Source of the DNA: Thermodesulfobacteriota bacterium
GTDB taxonomy: Bacteria > Desulfobacterota > Desulfobacteria > Desulfobacterales > SURF-7
NCBI GenBank assembly: GCA_049320885.1
Contig: JBMORA010000009.1
Coordinates: 288,001 to 352,000, forward strand
Reading direction: 5' to 3'
DNA: 64,000 bases
Shown: in pieces, positions 1 to 10,217 of the stretch
Position numbering within the stretch: position 1 is the first letter of the stretch
Layout of the letters: the number at the start of each line of letters is the position of its first letter
Program-made: the position numbers and the translations under genes
Notes under the pieces: model-generated
What the model was told of the DNA's origin: nothing
Databases searched by the model: none
The model's input: only the letters and a program-made list of their open reading frames with translations

Positions 1-330
1 CACCCCGTGCCGCCTCCCCGCGGCGTCGATAACCGGCGGGTTGTCCGGTGATCCCTGGAAGACGATGATTGCCCCGGGGGCTCCGGAGCGCGTTATTTCC
101 AGCATGGCGGGGTAAATGCCGCCGCCGATGGTCACGGTGTCGCCGGGCCGGGCCTGCCGGGCGGCCATGGCCGGGGTTTTCCACGGTTCCCGGGCGGTTC
201 CGGGATTGCCGTCATCGCCGTCGGGACTCACATACCAGGTTTGGGCCTCCACCGGCTGAACCAGTACCGGCGCAAGCAAGCCCAGACAGATCAATACTCC
301 CGCAAAACAATGAAGCGCGTTTTTCAGCAC
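1..330 (-). CDS. Secreted right-handed beta-helix (DUF1565/PL9-like) protein, 5' part only; runs off the window
   Basis: Not in the ORF track. Manual translation from GTG at 330 (RBS GAGGTG upstream): MLKNALHCFAGVLICLGLLAPVLVQPVEA-QTWYVSPDGDDGNPGTAREPWKT...ARPGDTVTIGGGIY. This is a signal peptide plus the YVSPxGxDxNxGT...PGDTV...G.Y motif of beta-helix lyase-like proteins. Confidence 0.75.
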   Translation of the reverse strand, partial: MLKNALHCFAGVLICLGLLAPVLVQPVEAQTWYVSPDGDDGNPGTAREPWKTPAMAARQARPGDTVTIGGGIYPAMLEITRSGAPGAIIVFQGSPDNPPVIDAAGRRHGV

Positions 331-408
331 AGGTCACCTCTCTTTTCCGGGATCGGAAGCAATTCCCCGATTCCCGTCAGGCTGTTCGTGTCCGCCGGCT
401 TCGGCGGG

Positions 409-2259
409 TCATAGCAGCAACACATCCGGATGGCGATCCATCACGCTGTCACCGTAAAGTCCCAGCCCCAGCATGGCGAGGGCCGTAAACAGATGGATCA
501 TATGATAGCGGTCGTGCCGGTTTCCCCCGGCGATAATGCGCTGGAGTTGTCCGAAGTCGATCACTTCCCGCAGGATCGGGTGCATTGCCCCTTCGCGGGC
601 CATCATTCCGAAAAGCGGGGCGCCGGCCGGAAGGGCTTCCGCGCCTTTCAGCAGATGCTTCAGGTTCAGGGTCCAGGCCGGACGGATGAATTTGATCCTT
701 TTCTTCCAGTGGTTCAGGCGAAACCGCGCCGATCCGAGAGGCCCCTGATAGCCGCTGTATTCCAGGGCCGCCGTCGCGGGCGACAACCGCTGTAAAAACC
801 GCCGGTACAAATCGAATCCCGACTTCCGGGATTGGGGGCAATGAATTGCATCGGAATAAAAGGGCAGGCTGTAGAAGGGACTCGCGCTCCAGAAATAGCA
901 GCGGTTGCGGTCCTCGGCTTCAAAACAGATTTTGACGCCGATGCCGTAAAATTGCCAGTGGAGCCACTTGGCCTCCAGACTTTTCTCCGGAAGCGCCTCG
1001 AGGTATTCCACCAGGGAATTGAGCAGGGTCGCTTCTGGTATTCCGGTGAGGGCGGTGGTCAATTTCATTCCCAGGCGGCGGCCGCCCAGATAATTGTCCT
1101 GGACGATATAGTCCGCAAGACCCGGCAGACCGGTCATGGGAACCGGCGGGCGCAGGGCCGGGAGACATTGATCGCCGCCGTCACCGGTGAACTGGACGAT
1201 GTCGCCGCCATATCGGCGCCGCAGTTCCCGGAAATATTCCAAAATAAAGGCCATATACAGCGGGCTGAAACCGGCTTTCAGATACAGCAATTCGCGGGCG
1301 TCCCGGCAGCGCAGCGGCTGGAGGGAAATCAGGTTCCATGGTGCCCCGAGGGACTGCGCCACCCGCCGGGCGCAGGCCGTTTCCGAATCGGGGGTATATC
1401 CGGCGCGAAAGAATGTCGCCGTGACGAACGGACTTCCCGCGGCGTGGAGTCCGGCCGCCACCGCACGGGAATCCAGTCCTCCGCTCAGGGAAACGACATG
1501 GCAGGCGTCGCCGCCCGCTCTTGCCTTGCAGGCGGCGATAAAGCCTTCCACAAGCCGATCCGCCTTTCGGTCACCGCTTTCATGCTCCGAATCCCTTTGG
1601 CTGAAGTCAAAGCGGTGCAGCCTCCGCACCGTGACCTGCCGTTCCAATGGATCAACCTGCAACAGGCTGGCCGGTGTCAGCAACCGGATTTCCCGGAAAA
1701 CCGTTTTCTCTTCCAGGGCATGACCCAGCATGAGGAAATGCGCCAGGGAAAGCCGGTCGACGCTCAATCCGTTCCACAGGGAATACAGAAAACGGGCATC
1801 CCGGGACAGGGCGAAACCGGTCTTCCCGCAACGATAGTACAGCGGCAGACGGCCGAACAGGTCATTCAGGACAGCGGTTTTGCCGCTCCGCTTTTCATGC
1901 ATAAAAAGGATGAAATCTCCGTCCATTTCATGCAGCCGGTGTCCCAGGGAGCTATGATCCGGCGGTGCGATGAAAACCTGCCGCACCACGCCCGCCAGGG
2001 TTTTCTGCAGATCACATCGGGGAAGATCGTAAATGCGGCCTTCCAGGACCATGTTAAAATCATCGTCTTCCATGATGGTGACGGGATAGGAATCATAGGA
2101 TTTTGTTCCCAGCACCATCCCGGGCGTCCGTATGCGGATTCGGTGTCTGTCACCCGGAAGCAGGAAAAGGGACCGGCCCGCCCGCTCATAAAGGATTTCG
2201 GGTGGTTGCATGTCGGATGATTCCGGGTTAAAGCATTGGATCACATTGATTCCAGGCAT
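409..2259 (-). CDS. Asparagine synthase-related (AsnB-like) amide ligase, EPS-associated
   Basis: NDLFGRLPLYY and SLSGGLDSR (PP-loop) motifs, TGDGGD; N-terminus MPGI. Confidence 0.8.
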   Translation of the reverse strand: MPGINVIQCFNPESSDMQPPEILYERAGRSLFLLPGDRHRIRIRTPGMVLGTKSYDSYPVTIMEDDDFNMVLEGRIYDLPRCDLQKTLAGVVRQVFIAPPDHSSLGHRLHEMDGDFILFMHEKRSGKTAVLNDLFGRLPLYYRCGKTGFALSRDARFLYSLWNGLSVDRLSLAHFLMLGHALEEKTVFREIRLLTPASLLQVDPLERQVTVRRLHRFDFSQRDSEHESGDRKADRLVEGFIAACKARAGGDACHVVSLSGGLDSRAVAAGLHAAGSPFVTATFFRAGYTPDSETACARRVAQSLGAPWNLISLQPLRCRDARELLYLKAGFSPLYMAFILEYFRELRRRYGGDIVQFTGDGGDQCLPALRPPVPMTGLPGLADYIVQDNYLGGRRLGMKLTTALTGIPEATLLNSLVEYLEALPEKSLEAKWLHWQFYGIGVKICFEAEDRNRCYFWSASPFYSLPFYSDAIHCPQSRKSGFDLYRRFLQRLSPATAALEYSGYQGPLGSARFRLNHWKKRIKFIRPAWTLNLKHLLKGAEALPAGAPLFGMMAREGAMHPILREVIDFGQLQRIIAGGNRHDRYHMIHLFTALAMLGLGLYGDSVMDRHPDVLLL

Positions 2260-2499
2260 GAAATCCTCCGCGGGCCGACGGCTTTCCGATGGCGGCCCGC
2301 CTTACCGGCCGGTGTGATGATGCGCCTTCCCGGCGGAAAAGGAAAAATCGCTCTGTTCCGAATGAAGTGATACCGCATCCGGCCGGTATGTGTCAAGGCG
2401 GCCAGGTGGTTCCTGCGGGCCCGGTGGAAGGCTGGTCTGCCTGAAGCGGCCAAGCCGGAATTCAGGGTGATTCCGCTGTGCTTTTTCCTATAGGGCCTT

Positions 2500-3870
2500 T
2501 CAAAATTGGCGCAGAAAATCCGTTTCAGGCGGTGCGGGGGGATCGAAACCCACAACCCGGAGCCCGCTGCGATCGTCTTCGAAAACCCTGGGAGCCAGGT
2601 CTTGTCCGGCAATCCGGAAGAACACTTCCTGGCCGGCCGGCACATCAAAACAAAGACCGGCTGTTTCCGAACGATCCAAATTCCTGGTGCCGGTGACGGG
2701 ATCGCGGATCGGTCCCAATTCGACCACCAGCCGGTCCTCCTCCCGGAACGCCTGCCAGTCAAGATATTTCGTTACCATCCAGTAATCCAGCAGTTGGGTG
2801 GTGGGAGCGACCCAGATTTTCCCCCGGCGGTGGAGATCGGCCAGATGCCGCAGGGCCGCGAGATCAGCTTCGGGCAAAAGCGCGCCGTCCGCGAAACGGG
2901 GCATGCCGAGGTGGGTATAGAGGATCAGGTATCCCTGCTCGGCCATGAGTTCATCCAGCACCCGGGAAGCCAGGGCGTAGCGCAGTGTGTGCCGGGTGCT
3001 CGGTTCCTTGAACCGGCGCAGATGACGGGTGAAGGCCATGAGCAGGGTGCCGTCCGTGAGTCGCGCCGGCTGACACAGCTCGTTGATCTGGGCGGTGGTA
3101 CGGGTCAACCGCCGGCGTCCGACTATATTTTTCATCAGGTTTTTCATCAGGTTGATATGAGGCTGGATGGCGACACGCATGGTTTTCGGCGGCCGGCGGC
3201 CCGAAAGCGGCCAGTCCACCAGTTCGGACCACCAATAATATTGAATCCCGAGAACCCGTATCAGGTCAAGGGTGAAAAAGGGGGAGGCGGGATTGTCGCC
3301 GGCATATCCCGGCTGGAGCCTGGCCTTGAGATTCTGCCGGTTGTTGGGGTCGCCGTGGTTGATCCAGGTCTTGAGAGACAACCCGTTGCGGGCGAACATG
3401 TCGGTCAGGCGCTGGGCGCTGTCCCTCAGGGCCGCCGGATTCGGCGGGTTGTGGTTAAAATCTCCCCATGAGTGCAGGGAATCGATCAAACCGGCCCGGA
3501 CCGCTTCGATGATCAAGGCAGCGTCGGGTCCCGGACTCCGGCCGTCCGGAAGGAAATAGGCCAGTTGCCCCGGTGTCTGGCCCACGGCAAAGAATGAATC
3601 GGCCACCGGTAGCCCCAGGCCGTCACCCGGATGATTGATGAACCGGTGTAATTCCAGGAAAGTCCGGCGGTCGCAGTCGTCGATGTCGGAGCAGATCGAC
3701 AAGGCGGCCGAATACGGAAACGGCATCGGCCGCAGCCGTACTTGGCCATGGGGGGCGCTCCCGGAAGTACTCCCTGACGCGCCGGCGGCTCCTGCCGCCG
3801 TTTTCCGCCGGTCCTCCTTGGGCTGAAACCGACTGTCGCTCTGATTGCATGACAGGTTATTCCGAATCAT
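2500..3870 (-). CDS. Putative polysaccharide deacetylase / glycoside hydrolase-fold protein
   Basis: Motifs CSDIDD, DSLHSWGDF, WINHG, LYTHLG, KIWVAPT resemble NodB-like metal-dependent barrels; EPS operon context; start uncertain (3870 or 3885). Confidence 0.55.
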   Translation of the reverse strand: MIRNNLSCNQSDSRFQPKEDRRKTAAGAAGASGSTSGSAPHGQVRLRPMPFPYSAALSICSDIDDCDRRTFLELHRFINHPGDGLGLPVADSFFAVGQTPGQLAYFLPDGRSPGPDAALIIEAVRAGLIDSLHSWGDFNHNPPNPAALRDSAQRLTDMFARNGLSLKTWINHGDPNNRQNLKARLQPGYAGDNPASPFFTLDLIRVLGIQYYWWSELVDWPLSGRRPPKTMRVAIQPHINLMKNLMKNIVGRRRLTRTTAQINELCQPARLTDGTLLMAFTRHLRRFKEPSTRHTLRYALASRVLDELMAEQGYLILYTHLGMPRFADGALLPEADLAALRHLADLHRRGKIWVAPTTQLLDYWMVTKYLDWQAFREEDRLVVELGPIRDPVTGTRNLDRSETAGLCFDVPAGQEVFFRIAGQDLAPRVFEDDRSGLRVVGFDPPAPPETDFLRQF

Positions 3871-3892
3871 TCGTTTTTCCCTCACTGGCAGT

Positions 3893-5380
3893 TCAGCGGT
3901 TTTTCCGGAAGGGTATGAGATTTACGACGGCCATGAATTCATCGCGCGACAAGGCCCCGGTAAGCAGCAGCAGTGCCAGCAGCGCCGGGGGCATCACCAG
4001 AAAAGTCACAAACGGATCCACCTCCCAGATCATCATCGCCCGTCCCAGGAGGAACCCCAGGAGACCTGCCAGCACCGGCCGCGCTGCTGTTCCAGCGAGT
4101 TCGAAGCGCACGCTCCGATCCCATCCCAGGGCTTTAAATTGCAGCACGAGCACGATGACCTGGCACAGGAAAGTTGAAATCGCCGCTCCGTTTTGCTGAA
4201 AAGCGGGGATCAGGGCCAGATTGAGCAGGATGTTGGCGATAAGCGCCAGACCGAAGATTCGGAGGCTTTTCCTCTCCTGGTTCATGGCAATGAGGGCGCT
4301 GGCAAAGGACAAGGCGGTGAAATCCAGCACCAGATTCAGGGCCATGAGACCCATGGTCGCAATGGCCGGTCGAAAGGCGGTACCATAGACCACCAGGATG
4401 AAGCTGTTGGCGAGGCCTCCGAGAAGCGCCGCCAGACACAATCCCGTCAGGAGAAGATATTTGAAATAATGCCGAAACGTCCGGGAAAAAGCCGGCCAGC
4501 TCTGGAGCGCGCATTGGCTCAAGACCGGCAGGAAGGCGCCCGTGAACGCATCCGGCAGGAAATCGAAGGCGGATGTCAGCCGCAGGGCCGCGGAATAGAA
4601 CCCGGTTGCGGCGTCGTCCGCCAGGGCCGGCAGCATGAGCATGTTGGCGGAGGCAAGGGCGGACAGGATGACCCGGATCAGCAGAAAGTCCTTCGCCGCT
4701 TTGCCCAGTTCCAGCATTCGGTTCCAGGGGCTTGTTGCCGGTTTCCCTGGCTGCGGGCCGACGGAATCGAAGGGAGGGAGAGGGGCGGCGATTTTTCGTA
4801 AAAACAGCCACCAGGAGAGGCAACAGGCACCTGCCTGGGCGATCAGTTCCAGCAGGACCAGGGTGATCAGACCCCGGCCGGAGAGAATGGCCGCCAGTCC
4901 CGCCATGCCGTATACCAGCCGGAAGCTCATCACCACCAGGGCTTCGTAACCGGCTTTCTGGCAGGCCCGGAAAAAAGCGTTACCGGAGGCGATATTGGCG
5001 CGGAAAAACAGGGAGAGACCGAGGATGATCACCACCCAGCGTTTCATGTCACTGTCCACCATCGTCAGGCCCAGGAGGAGGATCAGGCCGATGGAGATCA
5101 GGAAAACCAGTGCTTTCAGTTGAAAAACCGTGGCATACAGGGCCCCGGCCAATTCCCGCCGCCGGCCGACTTCCCGCTGGATGAAGCGGTCCAGGCCGAA
5201 ATTGATGCCGGTCTCGAAAAGGCCGACAAAGGTCAGCGCGAAGGCATAGATGCCCATCATCTGGGGACCGAGCCGGCGGGCCACGACGATCACCAGCAGC
5301 AGACTGACCATGCGGCTGAGCAGTTCCGTGGCGCTGAGCAAAATGGTGTTGACGGCTATTCTTCGTTCCGCGGCTTTCAT
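3893..5380 (-). CDS. wzx: Oligosaccharide flippase (Wzx/MOP family)
   Basis: 495 aa, many TM helices, ARRLGPQMMGIYAFA, NLALIPAFQQNGAAIST. Confidence 0.88.
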   Translation of the reverse strand: MKAAERRIAVNTILLSATELLSRMVSLLLVIVVARRLGPQMMGIYAFALTFVGLFETGINFGLDRFIQREVGRRRELAGALYATVFQLKALVFLISIGLILLLGLTMVDSDMKRWVVIILGLSLFFRANIASGNAFFRACQKAGYEALVVMSFRLVYGMAGLAAILSGRGLITLVLLELIAQAGACCLSWWLFLRKIAAPLPPFDSVGPQPGKPATSPWNRMLELGKAAKDFLLIRVILSALASANMLMLPALADDAATGFYSAALRLTSAFDFLPDAFTGAFLPVLSQCALQSWPAFSRTFRHYFKYLLLTGLCLAALLGGLANSFILVVYGTAFRPAIATMGLMALNLVLDFTALSFASALIAMNQERKSLRIFGLALIANILLNLALIPAFQQNGAAISTFLCQVIVLVLQFKALGWDRSVRFELAGTAARPVLAGLLGFLLGRAMMIWEVDPFVTFLVMPPALLALLLLTGALSRDEFMAVVNLIPFRKNR

Positions 5381-6525
5381 GGGTTTTTCATGACGGCCAG
5401 AATGTCGGCGGTCACCGCCTTCCAGGTGAGCCTGCGGTTGACGAAATCATGGAGCCGGGCGGCGATCCGTTCGCGCTCGGCGGGATGCCGATGAAGCCGG
5501 ATAATGGCCGCGGCAAGCGCTTCGTCGTCGCCGGGCGGCACCAGCCGGACCGCTTCCCGGATTTCCGGAGGATAGCCGTCCAGTGAGGTTCCGGCGGTGA
5601 CAACCGGCAGGTGGAAGATCCCGTAGACGCCCAACTTGGTGTGGATCGGTCCATGTTCCCGCAGGGCGTCCTTGGTAAGCGTCATGAAGCCGACGTCCAT
5701 GGCCGGCAGCACGCCGGGCAGGGCTTCTTGCGGCAGCCATCCGGTCATGGTGAGGCTCTCCCCAAGTCCCAGCGCCCGGGCTTGCTGCAGGAGACGGGGG
5801 GCTTCCGTGCCGCTGCCGACCACGATCAGTCGAAGTAGCGGAATATGCTCCCGGCAGCGCGCCATGGCCTTCAGCAGGGTGGAAAAGTCATAGCGTTCGG
5901 TCAATGTCCCCACGTAGCCCAGACAGAAGGAATCAAGGGGCAGCCCGAGCGATTCCCGCACGGACTCCCTGGCGGGGACGTCGCCGTTCCATGGTTCGGT
6001 CCCGTTCAGAATCATATGAATTTTGCCTGCCGGGATGCCGAAATCCCGGGCAATCAGCCGGCAACGCGGCACCGAGGGTACGATCAAGCCGGCGGCGGCA
6101 TTATAATCCAGTTGCAAATTGGCCTTGACGATCCTGCGGACGATGGCCGGATAACTGCCTTCGACGGGGCTGTCATCGATTTCCAGAAACAACGGCAGCC
6201 GAAACCAGCGCGAGCAAAGACGCGGCCCGATGAATACATCCATGTCCCGGGCATAGATCGCCTCGTAGCGGTTGCGCAGGCACAGGGCCATCAGCCATAG
6301 CGCGCTGTAGGGAATTTCCCGCAACAGATACCGTCTTTTGCCCCGGTACCGGCTGATATACCGGTATCGAACCCCGGGGAGCTCCGGGAGATCGGAAACC
6401 GGACGGGGAACCACGGCGTCAACCCGGCAGCCGTTGGCGGCGAAGCCGCGCAGAACCCCCAGGGTGTGGGTCTGGCAGGCGCTTGGCGTGTCTAAATCGG
6501 CATACGAAAAATACAGAATCTTCAT
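5377..6525 (-). CDS. Glycosyltransferase family 4 (GT-B)
   Basis: MKILYF start (ATGA overlap with upstream stop), GYVGTL, VVGSG, LVPPGDDEALAAAI. Confidence 0.88.
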   Translation of the reverse strand: MKILYFSYADLDTPSACQTHTLGVLRGFAANGCRVDAVVPRPVSDLPELPGVRYRYISRYRGKRRYLLREIPYSALWLMALCLRNRYEAIYARDMDVFIGPRLCSRWFRLPLFLEIDDSPVEGSYPAIVRRIVKANLQLDYNAAAGLIVPSVPRCRLIARDFGIPAGKIHMILNGTEPWNGDVPARESVRESLGLPLDSFCLGYVGTLTERYDFSTLLKAMARCREHIPLLRLIVVGSGTEAPRLLQQARALGLGESLTMTGWLPQEALPGVLPAMDVGFMTLTKDALREHGPIHTKLGVYGIFHLPVVTAGTSLDGYPPEIREAVRLVPPGDDEALAAAIIRLHRHPAERERIAARLHDFVNRRLTWKAVTADILAVMKNP

Positions 6526-8020
6526 GGGCGGACACAGTCGTTTTCCTGCGGCTGGGAGTCCTGCAGGAGCGTCATGGCCTGAAACAGGCCGAACAGCACC
6601 CAGGTGATTTCCGAAAAGAATACATATTCGTACTCGAACTGATGATGAAGGCACCAGCCCAGCCAGCCACCGAAGAATCCGATGGTCACCCAGGAGCGAA
6701 ACGGGGCGCCCGGCGATCGGGCGGTCCGGAACAGGACGATGAACATCTGCGCCAATATGACGAGAAACAGTCCAAGACCGATCAACCCCTGCTCGGCGGC
6801 GATGAGCAAAAACTCGTTGTGCACCGGCCGGGGAAAGTCATAGCTGACCGCCATGGCGGTGGTGTCGTGCCGTTCGATGACGGCGGTGTAGTTGTTGAGC
6901 CCGACGCCCGTCAGGGGGAAATGGCGGATGATGTTGAGGGCCACGACGCTCATGGGGATTCGCAGGGCCGCGGTGCCGTAGTCGTCCTCGAACAAGCGGC
7001 GCTTGACGGATTGAACGCTGCCGATGACGACTATCAGGAAGATGCCCAGGAAAACAGTCATCAGCACCACAGAAAACAAGCGGTTCCGGCTGTTTTTCGC
7101 AAGGCACCAGTAAAGAACCACGGTTCCGCCCAGGGCCAGTCCCAGCCAGCCGCCCCGCGAATAGGTCAGCAGCATGGTCAATCCCATGAGGGCAAACGGA
7201 ATGCAGAGCGCGAGCTTGACCCTTCTGGAGAGACCAGCGAAAAAAAGCGCAAAATTCATCTGGAGCAGCAGATTCAGAAAAACCGCCAGCTTGTTGGGAT
7301 GTCCCAGGGTTCCCGCCACCCGGCTCACGGTTCCGGCGCCGGCCCGCATTTCAAAAAAGGAGCGCTCCGCCTCACCGAACATGGCCAATCCCAGTTTTCC
7401 GCCGGTGACATACTGGGCGAGTCCGATCAGGGATTGGAGCATGCCCACGACCAGCAGGAGGACCACCACCTGCCGGATGGAGCCGACCACATGGATATTG
7501 TTGGCAATGTAAATAAATACCAGCCAGTTCTTGAAAACCGTCCAGATCACCGAGGCCATGACAATATCCGGCATGGTTGTCCGGAGAACACCCGGAATGG
7601 CGATGATCCAGACCAGCAGGAAGGGAATGGAAATTCCCGGGAACAGACGGATCCGCAGGCGATGATCCAGAACCGCCCGGAGCATCCAGGACCCCATGGC
7701 CAGCAGGAAAAAGACATCAAAGGCGCTGACGCCGAAACCGTTGATGGGTCTTATCCAGACGCCTTCGGTATAGACGAAATGGAAATCGACGCGTATGGGC
7801 AAAAAAAAAGGGTACAGTAAAGGAAAAACCGTTCCCGGTCGGGGATAATGAGGGTGGCGGTAAAGACGAAGATACCGGTCATGGCGAAGATCAGCCATTT
7901 GACGGGCTGCCCGGAGGACAGGATCAGGGCCGCAGCCGCGCCGAACCCCACGAGAAGGGTCAGGAGGACGTCCATGCCGATGGTCCGGCCGCCTATGTGG
8001 ATGCGTGTCGGCTTATACAT
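6522..8020 (-). pseudogene. wzy: O-antigen ligase/polymerase-family (Wzy_C) gene, frameshifted at A9 tract 7801-7809
   Basis: 5' part (ATG 8020, hydrophobic, ...RFFLYCTLFF) and 3' part (FFLPIRVDF...RVAGTLGHPN, TYSRGGW, GVGLNNY, VHNEFL) lie in different frames and join if one T is added to the T9 run. Confidence 0.8.
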
Positions 8021-8762
8021 ACCGGTAGAGCCATTTGGGAATGACGAATCGCCGTCGGTTCAGAAAGCCGCCCAGCAAGTGCGCTCCGTCGCTGCTCAGC
8101 AGGGATCGGGCCGCGCCCACCACCTCCGAGCGTGTCCGGTTTGCTTCAAACACGAGGATGACGCCGTCGGTTTTTGCGGCCATCATCCGTGTCAGGCTGG
8201 AACGCAGAACAGGCGCTGCATCCAGCAGGACGATATCGTATGTTTCCCGGACCGTCGACAGAAAGCGTGTGAAAGCCGTCATGTCGAACGGCAGCGAGGA
8301 CTGGGACGAGCGCCGGCCCACCGGCATCAGATCCAGCCCGGCAAGCTGCGAGCGGTGAACGGTTTCCGCAAGCGGATTCTGGCCCAGCACGCAATCCAGA
8401 AATCCGGGAGTCGCGGGGATTTTGAAAGCCGTATGCAGGGTGGGGCGGTCCAGGTGGGTATCCACCAGGAGGGTTTTTTCACCGGCCAGATCCCATGCCA
8501 GGGTCAGGCCGAGATTGAATGCGGTGGCGGAGGTCCCGACCCCCCTTTCGGTGCCGGTGAGCATGAAGACCCGGAAGGATCGTTCCGCCTGCAACGCCAG
8601 CAGTTTGTTTTTAAAACTCCTGAATTCCTCGGCCACGGAAAGATGACGATCCTGTTCCAGCATCCAGAGGGCCGGTCCGCCCGTCTGCGGCCGGCTCTTC
8701 TTCCCCAGGGTTCCGGGAAAGGTTGTCGGTACGGTTTTTACGTCGCGGTTGTCAGGGTTCAT
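8013..8762 (-). CDS. CpsD/CapB-family BY-kinase-like protein
   Basis: AEEFRS, TLLVD, YDIVLLDAAPVL, DGVILV, RRFVIPKWLY; Walker A reads GVGTS. Confidence 0.85.
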   Translation of the reverse strand: MNPDNRDVKTVPTTFPGTLGKKSRPQTGGPALWMLEQDRHLSVAEEFRSFKNKLLALQAERSFRVFMLTGTERGVGTSATAFNLGLTLAWDLAGEKTLLVDTHLDRPTLHTAFKIPATPGFLDCVLGQNPLAETVHRSQLAGLDLMPVGRRSSQSSLPFDMTAFTRFLSTVRETYDIVLLDAAPVLRSSLTRMMAAKTDGVILVFEANRTRSEVVGAARSLLSSDGAHLLGGFLNRRRFVIPKWLYRYV

Positions 8763-10206
8763 GCTTCTCTTCTTTTTCCTGGGGGATGTCTTCAATGGCT
8801 GCGAAAACCGGAATGTTGAACCAGCGCAGAATGTCCTCCGGCCGTTTGACCGTATGGTCGAGATAATAGGCGGCGAAGGCGCAGCCGATGCCGGCCAGCA
8901 GTCCCGCCAGAATAGACAGGCCGGCCATAAGCAACTTGCGGGGATATACCGGCGTTGAGGGGGCCACGGCGAAGTTGTTCACCGAGATGTTGGCGACGCG
9001 CGACAGATCGCGCTGGGCTTCGATACGGGCCTCTTCCGTCTTGTCGGTATACAGCAGATAGTTTTTCTTGTTCTGATCCACTTCCCGGAGGAGCTGGTTC
9101 AACTCGACTTCTTTCAGGGAAAGGGTTACGGAGTCGGCCGCTATCTGTTGAATTTCCGTTTCCAGCAGTTGTTTCTGGTTCAGCAGGGCCGTCAGCTCCA
9201 GCTGCATCCCGTCCAGCAGCTTTTTCTGTTCGTTACGGATCCGGTGGACGACTTTATCCACCTGGCGTTGGGCGTCCTGATATTCCACGGAGGTTTCCGG
9301 ATACAAGATGGCGATACGCTCCTTTTCCACCAGGATGGGCGTCAGGGCCTTTTCGAGATCCACCATGACTTCGTACATCCGGGCCTCCTCGGTGACCGCC
9401 TGCAATTCGCCGGTTTGTTGAATCGCTTTTTCCATGTTCCGGATTTTCACTTCCGTTGCGGCGATTTTGGCCGCCGTTTCGCTTTCATTTTCCTGCAAGG
9501 TCCGCAGATAGCGGACATTTTGTGTCCGCTGGGCCTCGATTTGAATGATGGCGCCGCTTTTCTGAAACTCCTTCAACTTGTTTTCGGCTTCCAGCAGCTT
9601 CATCCGGGCCGTCTCCGTCTGGCGGCTGTAAAAATCCACCCCACCGCCGGTCCGGTGAACTTCGATGTGGCGGTCGATGTAGCGGTCCAGGAACGTGTTG
9701 ACGATTTCGGTGATCCGGGCCGGGTCCTTGCCTTTCAGGCGCACTTCGATGATGTTGGACATGGTCACCGGCTCGATTTCGAGTTTCTCGCGCAGGTATA
9801 ACACCGCTGCTTCCGTGGGATGAACCTGCCCGGCGATTCCCAGCCGGATCATTGCTTTATGAAAAGCGGAGGGTTGATATTCCGCCTGCAGGTTCAGTTG
9901 CTCCACCACCAGCCGCAAGAGGGTGTCGGAGGTCATGATCTGGATTTCCGAGTTGATATCCTGCTGGGAAACCGGCAGAACCTCGAATCGTTCCAGGGTG
10001 TGGAGCTGCTGACGTGAATCCAGCAGCGGTTTCAGCAAAACGCTGCCTTTCACCTGATATTGGGGGGTGGCGAGAAAGGAATGGCCGACGACCAGCGCCA
10101 CGATGACGGCAAAGGTGCCGACCAGAACGCGCAGTTTTGAAAAGACGATGAATAGAACGTCTCGCAACGAAACGCGCAGGGGTTGCTGTACAGGAGTATC
10201 GATCAT
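8752..10206 (-). CDS. Polysaccharide co-polymerase / chain-length determinant (GumC/Wzc N-terminal type)
   Basis: Two TM helices flanking a long coiled coil; SLRDVL, INSEIQIMTS, PSTPVYPRK, LDHTVKRPED. Confidence 0.88.
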   Translation of the reverse strand: MIDTPVQQPLRVSLRDVLFIVFSKLRVLVGTFAVIVALVVGHSFLATPQYQVKGSVLLKPLLDSRQQLHTLERFEVLPVSQQDINSEIQIMTSDTLLRLVVEQLNLQAEYQPSAFHKAMIRLGIAGQVHPTEAAVLYLREKLEIEPVTMSNIIEVRLKGKDPARITEIVNTFLDRYIDRHIEVHRTGGGVDFYSRQTETARMKLLEAENKLKEFQKSGAIIQIEAQRTQNVRYLRTLQENESETAAKIAATEVKIRNMEKAIQQTGELQAVTEEARMYEVMVDLEKALTPILVEKERIAILYPETSVEYQDAQRQVDKVVHRIRNEQKKLLDGMQLELTALLNQKQLLETEIQQIAADSVTLSLKEVELNQLLREVDQNKKNYLLYTDKTEEARIEAQRDLSRVANISVNNFAVAPSTPVYPRKLLMAGLSILAGLLAGIGCAFAAYYLDHTVKRPEDILRWFNIPVFAAIEDIPQEKEEKHEP

Positions 10207-10217
10207 ATGCTTCCGCC

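Noticed and set aside
409..2259. AsnB-like protein as a lasso-peptide cyclase
   Set aside because: No precursor, B1/PqqD or B2 protease gene nearby; the EPS context explains it
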